A stretch of DNA of 64,000 nt from Myxococcota bacterium (GCA_024278455.1 JAJRTE010000022.1:10539-74538), one strand, 5' to 3'. Shown: positions 50,853-63,138, counted from the stretch's first letter. The notes: generated by a model from the letters alone, not told the origin. A program made the numbers and translations.

Positions 50853-52028
50853 ATGGGCCATGCCGCGACCTTCGTGGACCGCCACCTGGCCCGCATCACT
50901 ACGGGGGGTGGATTCATCCCGGAAATCGACGGGTTGCGGTTCCTTGCCATCCTCCCGGTCGTGCTTCACCATCTCCAGATCTACGTGGTCGAGAAGTCGG
51001 GGTTGACGTTCCACGCAGCGCCGGCGACCTCTCTCATGCAGGACGTAATCCGGCAAGGCCGGTACGGTGTGGACCTCTTTTTCGTCTTGAGCGGATTCAT
51101 CCTCGCCCTGCCGTTTGCCCGAGCCTCTCGAAAACGTGGCCGTTCGGTCGACCTGAAGCGTTACTACCTGCGGCGCCTGACGCGGATCGAACCTCCTTAC
51201 GTCGCGTCGATGCTGTTCTTCTTCGCCATGCTGGGCGTGACCCGGGGGGCCGCCGAGGCCCGGGCGTTGCTGCCGAACCTGGGAGCGAGCCTGCTGTACC
51301 TGCACACACCGGTATTCGGCACCAGCAGCCTGATCAACAGCGTCGCATGGTCCCTCGAGGTGGAGGTGCAGTTCTACCTGGTGGTTCCGCTCCTGGCGAT
51401 GGTCTTCCGGCTACCGAGCCGGCGGCGGCGGGCAGGACTCATCGCGGTCGCAGCCCTGTTCAGCGCCGGCAGGCCGTTCTGGTGGCCGGACATGCCCCTC
51501 GTTCTCCCGGCGTTCCTCCAGTACTTCCTGGTGGGGTTTCTTCTCGCCGATCTGTACTTGGCCCGTCACGGCTGGGCAGGTGCCTCCCCCTCCTGGACCG
51601 CGGACCTCGCAACGCTGGGGGCAGCCGTGTGCTGGTACCTGCTCCATCGCGCCCACCCCGGCCTGGCCGACGCCCTGCTCCCCGCCGTGCTCGCGGTGGT
51701 CGTCCGGGGGGCATTTCGCGGGCGGCTTCTCAATGCCCTGTGTCGCAACCTCTTCGTGCGCACGACAGGAGGCATGTGCTATTCCATCTACCTCCTCCAC
51801 TACCCCGTCATCTCGTTCCTCGGACGCCATACCGTGGGCCTGGGACGAACATCTGTCTATCCCCTGTTCTTCGCCGTGCAATCCTGCCTGGTCGTCGTGC
51901 CGGTACTGCTTCTCTCGGCGGTGTTCTACATGCTGATCGAGCGGCCTTGCATGGTTCCGGACTGGCCCGCGCGGGTCGCACGACGGGTGCGGGCGACCCG
52001 GGTTCGAGGGCGAAGGGCCGGTGATTGA
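50853..52028 (+). CDS. acyltransferase family 3 (OatA/OafA-like) membrane protein
   Basis: EIDGLRFLAILPVVLHH... Acyl_transf_3 N-terminal signature, 10 TM; starts 1 nt after rSAM stop. Confidence 0.85.
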   Translation: MGHAATFVDRHLARITTGGGFIPEIDGLRFLAILPVVLHHLQIYVVEKSGLTFHAAPATSLMQDVIRQGRYGVDLFFVLSGFILALPFARASRKRGRSVDLKRYYLRRLTRIEPPYVASMLFFFAMLGVTRGAAEARALLPNLGASLLYLHTPVFGTSSLINSVAWSLEVEVQFYLVVPLLAMVFRLPSRRRRAGLIAVAALFSAGRPFWWPDMPLVLPAFLQYFLVGFLLADLYLARHGWAGASPSWTADLATLGAAVCWYLLHRAHPGLADALLPAVLAVVVRGAFRGRLLNALCRNLFVRTTGGMCYSIYLLHYPVISFLGRHTVGLGRTSVYPLFFAVQSCLVVVPVLLLSAVFYMLIERPCMVPDWPARVARRVRATRVRGRRAGD

Positions 52029-52301
52029 GTGTTCGGCCACGGCAGGCCGCCCATCGCACCGGTCCAATGACCCGGGGGAGAATGCGGGTCGGCAAACTCC
52101 GGGACAACGCCGGCAAACAGGCAAACGGTGCCGCAGCAGCAGATCGAACACCACGGTGGAGCGCTGGAGGGGAAAGAGACGGCCCGCCCGTCCCGGATCT
52201 CCTTGCACCCCGACTGCCTCGATGATACGTTGGCAAGGAGATATGCGCGTTCGCGAGGGGAGCGACGATACCCTCGAGGTTCGGAACGCGGGGGCGACGC
52301 G

Positions 52302-53969
52302 GTGGCTCGAGACACAACGACGGGGGAGCCTGTCCGGAAGGTTGCGCAGCACGCGATGGCGGCATCGCTGGTGTTCTGGATCCTGTTCCTCGCCTACCAG
52401 GCGAACCTGGACTTCCTGCCTGCCTCGGACGCCGCCGGCAGCACCTATCTTCCCGTCAGCCTGCTCGCCGATGGTGACCTCACCTTCACGCCGGAAGAAG
52501 ATCCCTTCCTGTTCGACTGGTACCTGGACACCGAACACGGCCCCAGGCCGGTGGAGGTGCACGACCTGGACCAGCGCATCGACGGTACGCCCGCTCGAGA
52601 CCTCTACGCCGCCGGCAGGCTTCGCCTCGCCGACATACCCTACTACCTGACACCGACGACCCGGGAGGGCGTCTACGCCAACACGTTTTCCCTCGGGGCG
52701 GGTTTGACGGCACTGCCCGTCTTCATCGTGGCCCGGCTCGTGTGGGGCCGGGCCATGTATGCCCGGCCCGACGTGATCTGGTACGCCGGAAAGGTCGCCG
52801 CCTCCCTGGCCGTGGCCCTGTCCGGCCTGTTCGTCTTCTTGGCAGCAGCGACATTCGTCCCCATTGGCCGAGCAGCGTTGATCGCCATCCTCTACGGCCT
52901 GGGGACCTGCGCCTGGAGCATCGCCAGCCAAAGCCTGTGGCAGCACGGACCCAACATGCTCTTTCTTGCCGCCGGAACCTGGATGTTCCTCGAGGCGCCC
53001 CGGCGACGATGGGCCGCCGCGGGAGCGGGCCTGGCCTACGGGCTTGCCGTCGCCTGCCGGCCCACCAGCCTGATCGTCGTCATGGTGACCGGCCTGTACC
53101 TGTGCCTGTCCCACCGGGACCGCTGCCTCCCGTTCGCATTGGCCGCCGGGGTCGCCGGGGCCGGACTGGCCTACTATAACCAGGTGATGTTCGGGTCCCC
53201 CTTCGTCTTCGGGCAGACGGAAGTGTCCGTCGCGATGGCCGAGTCCTTGACAGGCTCGCCGAACCTCTGGGGTACGCCTCCCTGGAAAGGGGCTGCCGGC
53301 CTCCTGATGAGCCCTTCGAGGGGCCTGCTCGTCTATTCCCCGGTGGCTGCCGTGGCACTCCCGGGCCTGGTGGCTGCCTGGCGGAACAACACATACCGCG
53401 TGCTCCGTCCCATCGCCGTATCCCTCCTCCTCACCTGGGTGGTAGCATTCACCTGGTACGATTGGTGGGGCGGCTGGTCGTTCGGCTACCGGCCCCTGGT
53501 GGACAGCATGGTACTATTGAGCCTGCTCGCGACTCCCGCGCTTCCGAACGTCCTCTCCTCCCGGTGGCTCAGGGTTCCGATCGCGCTGTTGGCAGCCTGG
53601 TCGATCTTCGTCCAGGTGCTGGGAGCGTTCGCCTACAACGGGTTCGGCTGGAACAATCGTACCCAGTTCGAGATTGCGTTGCCCGGCCGGACGGACACGG
53701 TGGTGACTCGAGATCACGACGAAGCGGTGACCCTGGTGGACGGCGAGGGGGGACGCATCGTCGGCGTGGAGAAACTTGACGTGTGCCGCCGCGCCCACCT
53801 CGACAGGCTATGGTCATGGTCGGACAGCCAGTTGCTCTACTACCTGAAGTACCCACTGCTCTCCCGGGCGGACAAACAGGACTTCATCGTATCGTGGCTG
53901 GCGCGGTACGCCCCCTTCCCCGAAGAGCGAAAACCGTTGACACCGCCCGGCACACCCCCCACCCTGTGA
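52302..53969 (+). CDS. polytopic membrane protein, GT-C-like glycosyltransferase candidate (DUF2029/ArnT-like)
   Basis: 11-13 TM helices, first periplasmic loop with DGD acidic motif; GTG 52302 with GGGGG SD (alternative ATG 52356; ORF track 52128). Confidence 0.55.
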   Translation: MARDTTTGEPVRKVAQHAMAASLVFWILFLAYQANLDFLPASDAAGSTYLPVSLLADGDLTFTPEEDPFLFDWYLDTEHGPRPVEVHDLDQRIDGTPARDLYAAGRLRLADIPYYLTPTTREGVYANTFSLGAGLTALPVFIVARLVWGRAMYARPDVIWYAGKVAASLAVALSGLFVFLAAATFVPIGRAALIAILYGLGTCAWSIASQSLWQHGPNMLFLAAGTWMFLEAPRRRWAAAGAGLAYGLAVACRPTSLIVVMVTGLYLCLSHRDRCLPFALAAGVAGAGLAYYNQVMFGSPFVFGQTEVSVAMAESLTGSPNLWGTPPWKGAAGLLMSPSRGLLVYSPVAAVALPGLVAAWRNNTYRVLRPIAVSLLLTWVVAFTWYDWWGGWSFGYRPLVDSMVLLSLLATPALPNVLSSRWLRVPIALLAAWSIFVQVLGAFAYNGFGWNNRTQFEIALPGRTDTVVTRDHDEAVTLVDGEGGRIVGVEKLDVCRRAHLDRLWSWSDSQLLYYLKYPLLSRADKQDFIVSWLARYAPFPEERKPLTPPGTPPTL

Positions 53970-54119
53970 CCCGACCGCGTTGGATGATGTTGCCGCAAAA
54001 GATGCAGCACATGCCAACCGAGGTGTTATCTTTCTACCAGGAGCGCGGCGGCCGTCGATGGGACGTCCTTGGAGACAGCGGTCTTCGACGCCGATACGGC
54101 CTCCCGCGCAGCTTCGAGG

Positions 54120-56981
54120 ATGACAAAAGGAGAGATGGTGTTGACCGATAGCAAGACAAGGGTGTCGGCCCGCGTGCTCTACGTGGACGACAACTCGCAC
54201 GACGTGGCCCTCGTGCGCCGCGCCCTCGAGGAGGCTGGGGAGGACTTCGAACTGGTGGTCGCGCCGAGCCGGACATTGCTGGAGCACACGTTGGAGACGC
54301 GACGGTTCGACGTGGCGCTGACCGATTTCGACGTGCTCGGCCACGCGGGGCTGGACATCGTGGACAGGATCCGGGAGCGTCTCGACGACGTACCCGTTGT
54401 TCTGCTGACGGGCACAGGTTCGGAAGCGGTCGCCGCCGAGGCGTTGCGCCGGGGTGTGGACGACTATGTCATCAAGACCCCGGAGCAAATCCGCCGGCTC
54501 CCCAAGCGGCTGAATCTCCTCCTCGAAGCGCGGCGGCTGCGGAGGGAGAATGTCGAGGCGGCGGCCGAGCTGGTATCCACGTCCGAGAGCTACCTGGAGA
54601 TCCTGCGGACGAGCCCGGATGCCATGCTGGTTCTTGGCCCGGACCGCGAGATACGGTTTGCGAATCCGGCCGCGGAGGCCATGTTCGGCCACGACACCGG
54701 CACGCTTCTGGGCGAAGTCTTCTCTCATCCGATCGGATCGCCGGGCGAATCGATCGATATCGAGATTTCGCAGGGAGGAGGCGGGATCCGTTTCGGCGAA
54801 CTCCGGGCGGTGGGCATCACCTGGGAAGGGGAACCGGCCACCCTGGCGGTCATCCGGGACATCACCGAGCGTTCACGGCTCCTGGCGGAGCAGCAAGCCC
54901 TGGCCCGGACATCGAGCATTTTCCTGGAGAGCGACACCCTGGCCGACGTTTTCCAGGAAGTCCTCGATCAGCTCAAGCAGGTCGTGCACGCCGATGCAGG
55001 ATACGTGTCGAGACGGACGCCGGAAGACGAGAACGAGGTGGTCATTCTCGACCCCGGCGCACAGATATGTCGCATCGACGTCACATCGACCCGGATTCGC
55101 GGGCTGCGGGAGCTAGCCTACCGCAGTTCGCGGCCGATCTATGAAAACGCCTTTTCCGCCAGTGCCGCCTGGGCCCTGGTCCCGCCTGGACACATCGCGA
55201 TCGAGAACGTGCTATTTTGCCCGATCCAGACACGGGAGGGTGTCTGGGGACTCATCGGGCTGGCCAACAAACCTGGCGGCTTCGACGAGTCGGACGCTCG
55301 AATCACCGAGGCATTCAGCGGTGTCATCTCCCTCGCGATCCAGCGGCAATCCCACCTGGACGCCTTGCGCGAATCCGAGACGCGCTTCAAAGTGATCTTC
55401 CACAACGCCATGGACGGTATCGTGCTTGCCGACATGGAAACCGGGCGTGTTCTCCTGGCGAATCGCGCGATGGAGCAGTTGCTGGGCTACACGCCGGACA
55501 GTCTTCTCGAGCGTCCGCTGTCTGACGTCGTTTCGGCCCACACGGGGCACGGAGAGGCGGTCGATCCCGCCGGCGAGGGAGACGGCCGGATTCTGGGCGA
55601 GTTGTCGATCCGGCGTCCCGATGGCGAAACACGGGACGCCGAGGTTCACGCGGCCCGGCTTCTCCTCGAGGGCAGAGACGTCGTGGTGGGTGTATTCCGC
55701 GACGTGACGGAACGCAAGCGGTTGCAGGCAGCGATGGCGCAGTCGGACCGGCTTGCCACCATGGGCATGCTTGCGGCGGGCGTGGCCCACGAGATCAACA
55801 ACCCCCTCTCCTACCTCCTGTACAACCTCGAGACCAGCGTGGAGGATCTCGGGAAGATTCTCGGTCAAGCCCGGCTTTCGGACGGAATGGAAACGGCCGG
55901 CGCGCGGGCGAAGGCACGGGGCCTGTCGTTGTGGGCAGGAAAGGACGGCTGCCCGCGGGACCTCCTCGAGGATGTCTATTCGCGGGTCCGTGAGGCGGCC
56001 ACGGCTGCGCAACGTATCAAGGACATCGCCCGCGGCCTGGGCACCTTCTCTCGAGTGGAGCGCCCGGAGCAGTTCGAGGTCGACCTTGTCGAAGCGGTCG
56101 AGCACGCGGTCAGCATGGCGCACAACGAGATCAAGTACCGGGCACGGCTGGTCAAGCGACTCGAGCCGGTCCCACCGGTTCTCGCCAGCGAGGGGCGCCT
56201 CGCCCAGGTCGCGCTCAACCTGGTCGTCAACGCGGCCCAGTCCATGGACGAAGGGGACGTGGAGCACAACGAGATCCGGATCCGGACATGGGTCGACGAT
56301 GACCAGGTATGCCTCGAGGTGGCCGACACTGGCCACGGCATTCCGGAAAAGGACCTTGAACGGATCTTCGACCCGTTCTTCAGCACCAAGCCGGCCGGCG
56401 TGGGATCCGGCCTGGGCCTGACCATTTGCAAGACGATCGTGTCCGAGTATGGCGGCGACATCTCTGTTTCCAGCGCAGCGGGTGCCGGCACGACCTTTGT
56501 CGTGCGCCTGCCGCACATCGGCACGTCGACCGGCGCGCGAGCGGCTCCTCGACACCAGCCCGAGCCCCTGGAACTGGCGGCTCGCGGGCGCGTGTTGGTG
56601 GTGGACGATGAACCGGCCATCCGGCGCATCCTTCAGCGGCTCCTGGAGAGAGACCACCAGGTCGTGCTCGTGGCGTCTGGAGATGCGGCCAGGAGCGTGC
56701 TCGATGCCGACCAGGCGTTCGACGTGATTCTGTGCGACATCATGATGTCGGAAGGCTCAGGCATGGACCTGCATGCTTGGCTCGAGGATGTCCACCCCGT
56801 ACTCTCCCGGCGGGTCATCTTCATGAGCGGCGGAGCATTCACTCCCCGGGCCCGGGACTACATGGCGAAAGTCGACACGCCCCACATCGACAAGCCATTC
56901 GACATGCCGAGACTGAGACGTCTCGTGGCCGAACGTGTGCGGGCTGCCCGAGGCAGCGGTTCGTCATCCCGCGCCGGGTAG
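54120..56981 (+). CDS. hybrid sensor histidine kinase / response regulator (REC-PAS-GAF-PAS-HisKA-HATPase-REC)
   Basis: N-terminal receiver (YVDDN...D...K), PAS/GAF, H-box AAGVAHEINNPL, N/G boxes, C-terminal receiver VLVVDDEP...CDIMM; start among ATG 54120/54135. Confidence 0.85.
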   Translation: MTKGEMVLTDSKTRVSARVLYVDDNSHDVALVRRALEEAGEDFELVVAPSRTLLEHTLETRRFDVALTDFDVLGHAGLDIVDRIRERLDDVPVVLLTGTGSEAVAAEALRRGVDDYVIKTPEQIRRLPKRLNLLLEARRLRRENVEAAAELVSTSESYLEILRTSPDAMLVLGPDREIRFANPAAEAMFGHDTGTLLGEVFSHPIGSPGESIDIEISQGGGGIRFGELRAVGITWEGEPATLAVIRDITERSRLLAEQQALARTSSIFLESDTLADVFQEVLDQLKQVVHADAGYVSRRTPEDENEVVILDPGAQICRIDVTSTRIRGLRELAYRSSRPIYENAFSASAAWALVPPGHIAIENVLFCPIQTREGVWGLIGLANKPGGFDESDARITEAFSGVISLAIQRQSHLDALRESETRFKVIFHNAMDGIVLADMETGRVLLANRAMEQLLGYTPDSLLERPLSDVVSAHTGHGEAVDPAGEGDGRILGELSIRRPDGETRDAEVHAARLLLEGRDVVVGVFRDVTERKRLQAAMAQSDRLATMGMLAAGVAHEINNPLSYLLYNLETSVEDLGKILGQARLSDGMETAGARAKARGLSLWAGKDGCPRDLLEDVYSRVREAATAAQRIKDIARGLGTFSRVERPEQFEVDLVEAVEHAVSMAHNEIKYRARLVKRLEPVPPVLASEGRLAQVALNLVVNAAQSMDEGDVEHNEIRIRTWVDDDQVCLEVADTGHGIPEKDLERIFDPFFSTKPAGVGSGLGLTICKTIVSEYGGDISVSSAAGAGTTFVVRLPHIGTSTGARAAPRHQPEPLELAARGRVLVVDDEPAIRRILQRLLERDHQVVLVASGDAARSVLDADQAFDVILCDIMMSEGSGMDLHAWLEDVHPVLSRRVIFMSGGAFTPRARDYMAKVDTPHIDKPFDMPRLRRLVAERVRAARGSGSSSRAG

Positions 56982-57082
56982 CCGTACCACCGGCATTGTC
57001 ACCTTCCCGTGATGTGGTATCATGGGACGCATGTTGCCGTGTCGCCGTGGAGGCGATGGAAACCACGAAGGAAGGAGTGTCC

Positions 57083-59266
<2,184 letters not shown>

Positions 59267-59319
59267 CGCCGAGCCTTCGTCACGCGCGAACGCCCACACC
59301 GCTCACGAGGAGGTCCATC

Positions 59320-59928
59320 GTGATTTCCTGCCGGATGAAGCATTTCCTGCTCGCCGTCCTCCTCGCGGGGATGGCTGCCTGCCCGGCAGCATCGACTCCG
59401 GAGCCGACACCCAACCCGACAGGGGAGACACCGGCGGCGAGCCCGGAGACCTCGCCGGTGGCGCATGCCACTGCCACACCTAGACCCCCCTCCCCTGCCC
59501 CTTCGCCGGCCCAGGGATCGCCTACCCCGGCCGCTTTCTCGCAGACTCACGCCGACGTGCTGGCGGTCAACGTGGCCGGCGACCCGGGGTCCTACACGTT
59601 CGCGGTGACGCTCCACTCCCCGGACACGGGCTGCGACAACTACGCCGACTGGTGGGAAGTGCTCGACGAGCAGGGAGCGCTGGTCTTCCGGCGTATTCTC
59701 AACCACAGCCACCCGGACGAACAGCCGTTCACCCGTTCGGGCGGTCCGGTCCCCGCCCAGCCCGACCAGAAGCTCATCGTTCGCGGCCACATGAACACCA
59801 CGGGCTACGGTGGCAGGGCCATGTCCGGGACCGTGGCGGCGGGTTTCCAGGAGGACGCGAGCATCGGGTCCGACTTCGCCCCTGGGGTGGGCGAGCAGGA
59901 TCCTCAACCCACTGGCTGCGCGTTCTAG
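59320..59928 (+). CDS. lipoprotein with Pro/Thr-rich linker and C-terminal domain of unknown function
   Basis: Lipobox LLAGMAAC; GAGGAGG SD 6 nt before GTG 59320 (ORF track 59263). Confidence 0.6.
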   Translation: MISCRMKHFLLAVLLAGMAACPAASTPEPTPNPTGETPAASPETSPVAHATATPRPPSPAPSPAQGSPTPAAFSQTHADVLAVNVAGDPGSYTFAVTLHSPDTGCDNYADWWEVLDEQGALVFRRILNHSHPDEQPFTRSGGPVPAQPDQKLIVRGHMNTTGYGGRAMSGTVAAGFQEDASIGSDFAPGVGEQDPQPTGCAF

Positions 59929-59950
59929 CCACGGGCTGCGCGTTCTAGCC
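59911..59950 (+). repeat. 20-bp tandem direct repeat straddling the stop codon of the upstream lipoprotein gene
   Basis: actggctgcgcgttctagcc / acgggctgcgcgttctagcc, 19/20 identical. Confidence 0.8.
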
Positions 59951-59974
59951 TGACGTGGCCGGTTCCCGGCGCCG

Positions 59975-60588
59975 TCAATCCTCCCGGAAGTAGATGTAGA
60001 GGTAGGCGACCGGGGTGGATACGTTGTTCTGCCAGGAGTAGAGGGTGTTGTTGGCGTGGAGCATGCTCAGTTGCCAGCAGTTGGTGTACCACCAGCCCCC
60101 GTTGTAGCCCACGTTGTCCCGGGCACAGTTGTACACCCAGATGTCGTTGTCACTGTCGTGGGTCGTGAACCCCTGTCCCCGCACATCCGCCATGGTGTTG
60201 TACCCTGGAACACGGCTTGCCCAGTCGATGGCGTAGGCGGTATCCGGGCCGCCGATGGAGAAGTCATCCATTCGGAGGTCGAAGCTGCTCATGCCGGCGT
60301 CGAGGATCTGCTTACAGGACACTCCCAACGCGCACACGCCTCCGGGTTCGGGCCGGATCGCCGGGTCGCTGTCGTTGCAGTCGGTGCCCCCGCATTCCGC
60401 GTCGGAGTAGCCGTCTCCGTCCGCGTCGTGTCATCGTCCCCGGGTACGGTCGCGTCGTCGTCCTCGAGGGGGGCGGTTTCTTCGGCAGGTGGCACGGTGG
60501 GGCTGGACGCATCGTCGTCGGCTGGAGGGCAACCGGCGAGAAGCAGGTCGGCCAGGAGCAGGCAGGGGGCAAGGTCCTACCGCGTCAT
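59975..60588 (-). pseudogene. disrupted lipoprotein gene with D-x-DGDG Cys-rich motif and fibrinogen-related (FReD-like) C-terminal domain
   Basis: ATG 60588 MTR then in-frame TAG (60577-60579) then lipoprotein signal DLAPCLLLADLLLAGC; frameshift near 60420-60440 joins ...LEDDDATVPGDDD to ADGDGYSDAECGGTDCNDSDPAIRPE...; C-terminal FTTHDSDNDIWVYNCARDNVGYNGGWWYTNCWQLSMLHANN matches FReD FSTWDNDND...NCA...GGWW..C signature. Confidence 0.65.
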
Positions 60589-60761
60589 CGTGTTTCTCTG
60601 GTTCCGCTTACGCGTTCGCATGGTGTTCCCCAGCAGCGAGGGGACGTTCCGGTGCATGTTCGAGCACGGCGGGCCTGGCGTGGTCCGTTTCCTCGAGTCG
60701 GACGGGACAGGCCAGATCCCGCAACCATCGAAGCAGCGTGTTCTCGATGTCTCGAGACGAG

Positions 60762-60791
60762 AGTATAGCAGGCAGCCTGCTGTGGATTCAA
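60762..60791 (-). promoter_or_regulatory. sigma70-like promoter TTGAAT-18-TATACT upstream of the FReD-like pseudogene
   Basis: Minus-strand -35 at 60791-60786 and -10 at 60767-60762, about 170 nt upstream of ATG 60588. Confidence 0.4.
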
Positions 60792-60988
60792 TGGGGAGGT
60801 GTCGTGGGCGTTCCCCGGCCGGCAGCCAGAACTGGTGGCCCGGCCCCGAATCGGTCGAGGCGAGTGCCACGGTTGTCGAGGGCGACGGCTGTGGGGCGAC
60901 GCATGCGTTGCCCCCCCTGGCCGCTACGGTTCCTCTGACGTATGCGTTGCCAGGTTCCCGACGACCTGGACGCGGAAGACATTCGAAC

Positions 60989-62923
60989 TCACCCGCTGAA
61001 ACGAACCAGGCGCGAGGAAAACTTGTATTCTCCCACCCACAGGTAACGCCCGTCGTAGGCGAGCGCGGCCGGCCAGAAGAGACGATCGCGCCCGATCGCC
61101 GGGTCGGTGTGCACACAGTCCTCTTGCCCCAGGATAGCCGTGCAGGGTATCCCAGCCACGGCGTCCCTGATGTCTTCCCAGAGCAATACCCGGTTGAATC
61201 CGGTATCGGCGATGAAAAGGTGTCCGTGGGACACGATCGCGTCCTCGGGACGATTCAGCGCGAACAGGCCCGATTGGGTCTCATCCGCCTTGCCCACCAC
61301 GACCGGGAAGCCCCCTTCCGAAAGCCTGCCGACCTCGAAAATCGTAACCGATTGGTCGTCGACGCTCGTCGCGACCAGGTACGAACCGTCACTGGACAGC
61401 CGTACCGGTCGGGTTGCGGGGATGACGTAGGTCGGGGGCGTGTCCTGGTCCGGAAACGAGGGCCAGACGAGGATACGGTCTCCTGACGTATCTGCGAGGT
61501 AGAACCCCTGGTCGTCCATGGTGACGCCACCCACGTCTCGCAGGCTGACACCGCCCACCTGGTCCCTGTACTCCGTGTCGGGCTGTTCACCGCCGAGGGG
61601 GAGGTGGTTCCAGGCGAGGAGCATGTTTCCGCCGACCAGCACGAGGTGGTCATCGTGCAGCGCGATACTCCAGGGAGAGGCGTCCTTGTTCAGTTCACAG
61701 GTCACGTCCGGCGCCTGGCCGCTTTCGGTCGGAATCTCGCGCCAGACAGAGAGCGTCCCGTCGAAATCGGATGAGACGAACAGGTGCTTCCCGTCGGTCG
61801 CCGGGCGTGGGTTGTTGATTAACCCATGTTCCCGCAAGGTGTTCGTGTACGGGTCCGGCGCGCCCACGGAGAAGTCGGGTGGTCGCGGCGGTGAGAACGG
61901 GTCTCCGAAATAGCCCGCGATGAAGTTCCCGTTGTTCACGGACACGTAGGTCGCCTGCTCGGTCCAGGCAACGCCGGAGCCATCCCCTCCCGAAAAGGCG
62001 TAGACCGATTCCGGCAAGCGTGCATCCGGCTCCAGGTCATCGGGAGCAAGGAAGGAGTCCCAGGCATACAGCTCGGAGCCGAGCATGATGAGTCGTCCTT
62101 GTGCATCGAACGTTCCCTGGAGGATGGCTCGAGCCGGATCCATGGGGTCCGTCATGAACAGGTCGTAGGGCGCTCCGTCCGTGGTGGGGAACCTGGTCCA
62201 CACGAAACACCCCTGCGCCAGCGTGGGACTGGCTCGAGACCCCGGGTTGTGGTCCCCAATGATGAGCCGGTTCCCATCCGAGGTGATCGTGCGCGGCGTG
62301 CCGATGTCGCCATCGCCGGTGAGTTCGATGTCGGGCGGTTCGTCGTTCCGAGTGGGGAATGTGTTCCAGACGAAGACGACCCCTTCCCTCGTGCCACTGA
62401 CGACGAGCCGCTGCCCATCACTCCACACTCCCCACGGCCAGGGTGCCGCGATCGCGAGGTCGGCGGGAGCGCCATTCTCCTCCGGAAAACGGTTCCATAT
62501 CAGAACCCGGTCGTTGTAGGCGTCCGTGACCAGGAGGTGCGTGCCGTCGAGCACGGCGCTGACAGGCCAATTCATCTTGTCCAGCGTCGTGCCCGGAGCG
62601 TTGGTGTAGAAGTCTTTTTGCCCGAGGACGATGTCCGGGGCCACGTTTTCCATCGGGAGTTCGCTCCAGATCAGCACGCGATTGTTGTTTCTGTCCGCCA
62701 GTACCAAGTGCTCCCCGTCTGTCGACACGAGCCCTGGATGGTTGAACAGGAGCGGGCCTCCCGTGTCGTTGAAATCGATCCCGGACAGCAGCAGGTCGGC
62801 CTCCATGCCGGTATGGAAAGTGAAGTCGTCAGAAGGGGGCCCCTCCTGCTCCTCCGCGCAACCGGCAAACACAGCCCACCCGAGAACCGCGACTGGAACG
62901 ACCAGACGACCACACGTCACCAT
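60989..62923 (-). CDS. NHL-repeat beta-propeller lipoprotein
   Basis: Lipobox AVFAGC; multiple NNRVLIW/NDRVLIWN-type NHL repeat cores; GAGGAGGG SD 5 nt before ATG 62923 (ORF track 63034). Confidence 0.75.
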   Translation of the reverse strand: MVTCGRLVVPVAVLGWAVFAGCAEEQEGPPSDDFTFHTGMEADLLLSGIDFNDTGGPLLFNHPGLVSTDGEHLVLADRNNNRVLIWSELPMENVAPDIVLGQKDFYTNAPGTTLDKMNWPVSAVLDGTHLLVTDAYNDRVLIWNRFPEENGAPADLAIAAPWPWGVWSDGQRLVVSGTREGVVFVWNTFPTRNDEPPDIELTGDGDIGTPRTITSDGNRLIIGDHNPGSRASPTLAQGCFVWTRFPTTDGAPYDLFMTDPMDPARAILQGTFDAQGRLIMLGSELYAWDSFLAPDDLEPDARLPESVYAFSGGDGSGVAWTEQATYVSVNNGNFIAGYFGDPFSPPRPPDFSVGAPDPYTNTLREHGLINNPRPATDGKHLFVSSDFDGTLSVWREIPTESGQAPDVTCELNKDASPWSIALHDDHLVLVGGNMLLAWNHLPLGGEQPDTEYRDQVGGVSLRDVGGVTMDDQGFYLADTSGDRILVWPSFPDQDTPPTYVIPATRPVRLSSDGSYLVATSVDDQSVTIFEVGRLSEGGFPVVVGKADETQSGLFALNRPEDAIVSHGHLFIADTGFNRVLLWEDIRDAVAGIPCTAILGQEDCVHTDPAIGRDRLFWPAALAYDGRYLWVGEYKFSSRLVRFSG

Positions 62924-63138
62924 TGCCGCCCTCCTCATGCATTCGACACCCGCTCGAGAAATCACGACAGCCGCCCAAGAACCAGTGGATTGTATGCAGA
63001 AGGTTGGATGTGATGTCAAGTATCCGGAGAGCATGGTCCCGACAACGGACAGGGTACGACAGCATCGTTCGGGGGTACGGGAAGTGGAAGAAGGGGGCGC
63101 GCGCGACTCTTCCTCCGCGCCACCCCCGGCGGAGAGGC

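Noticed and set aside
60056-61486. 476-aa plus-strand ORF overlapping the FReD pseudogene and intergenic space
   Set aside because: The translation is low-complexity Val/Pro/Arg-rich. The minus-strand product has specific FReD and lipoprotein signatures.
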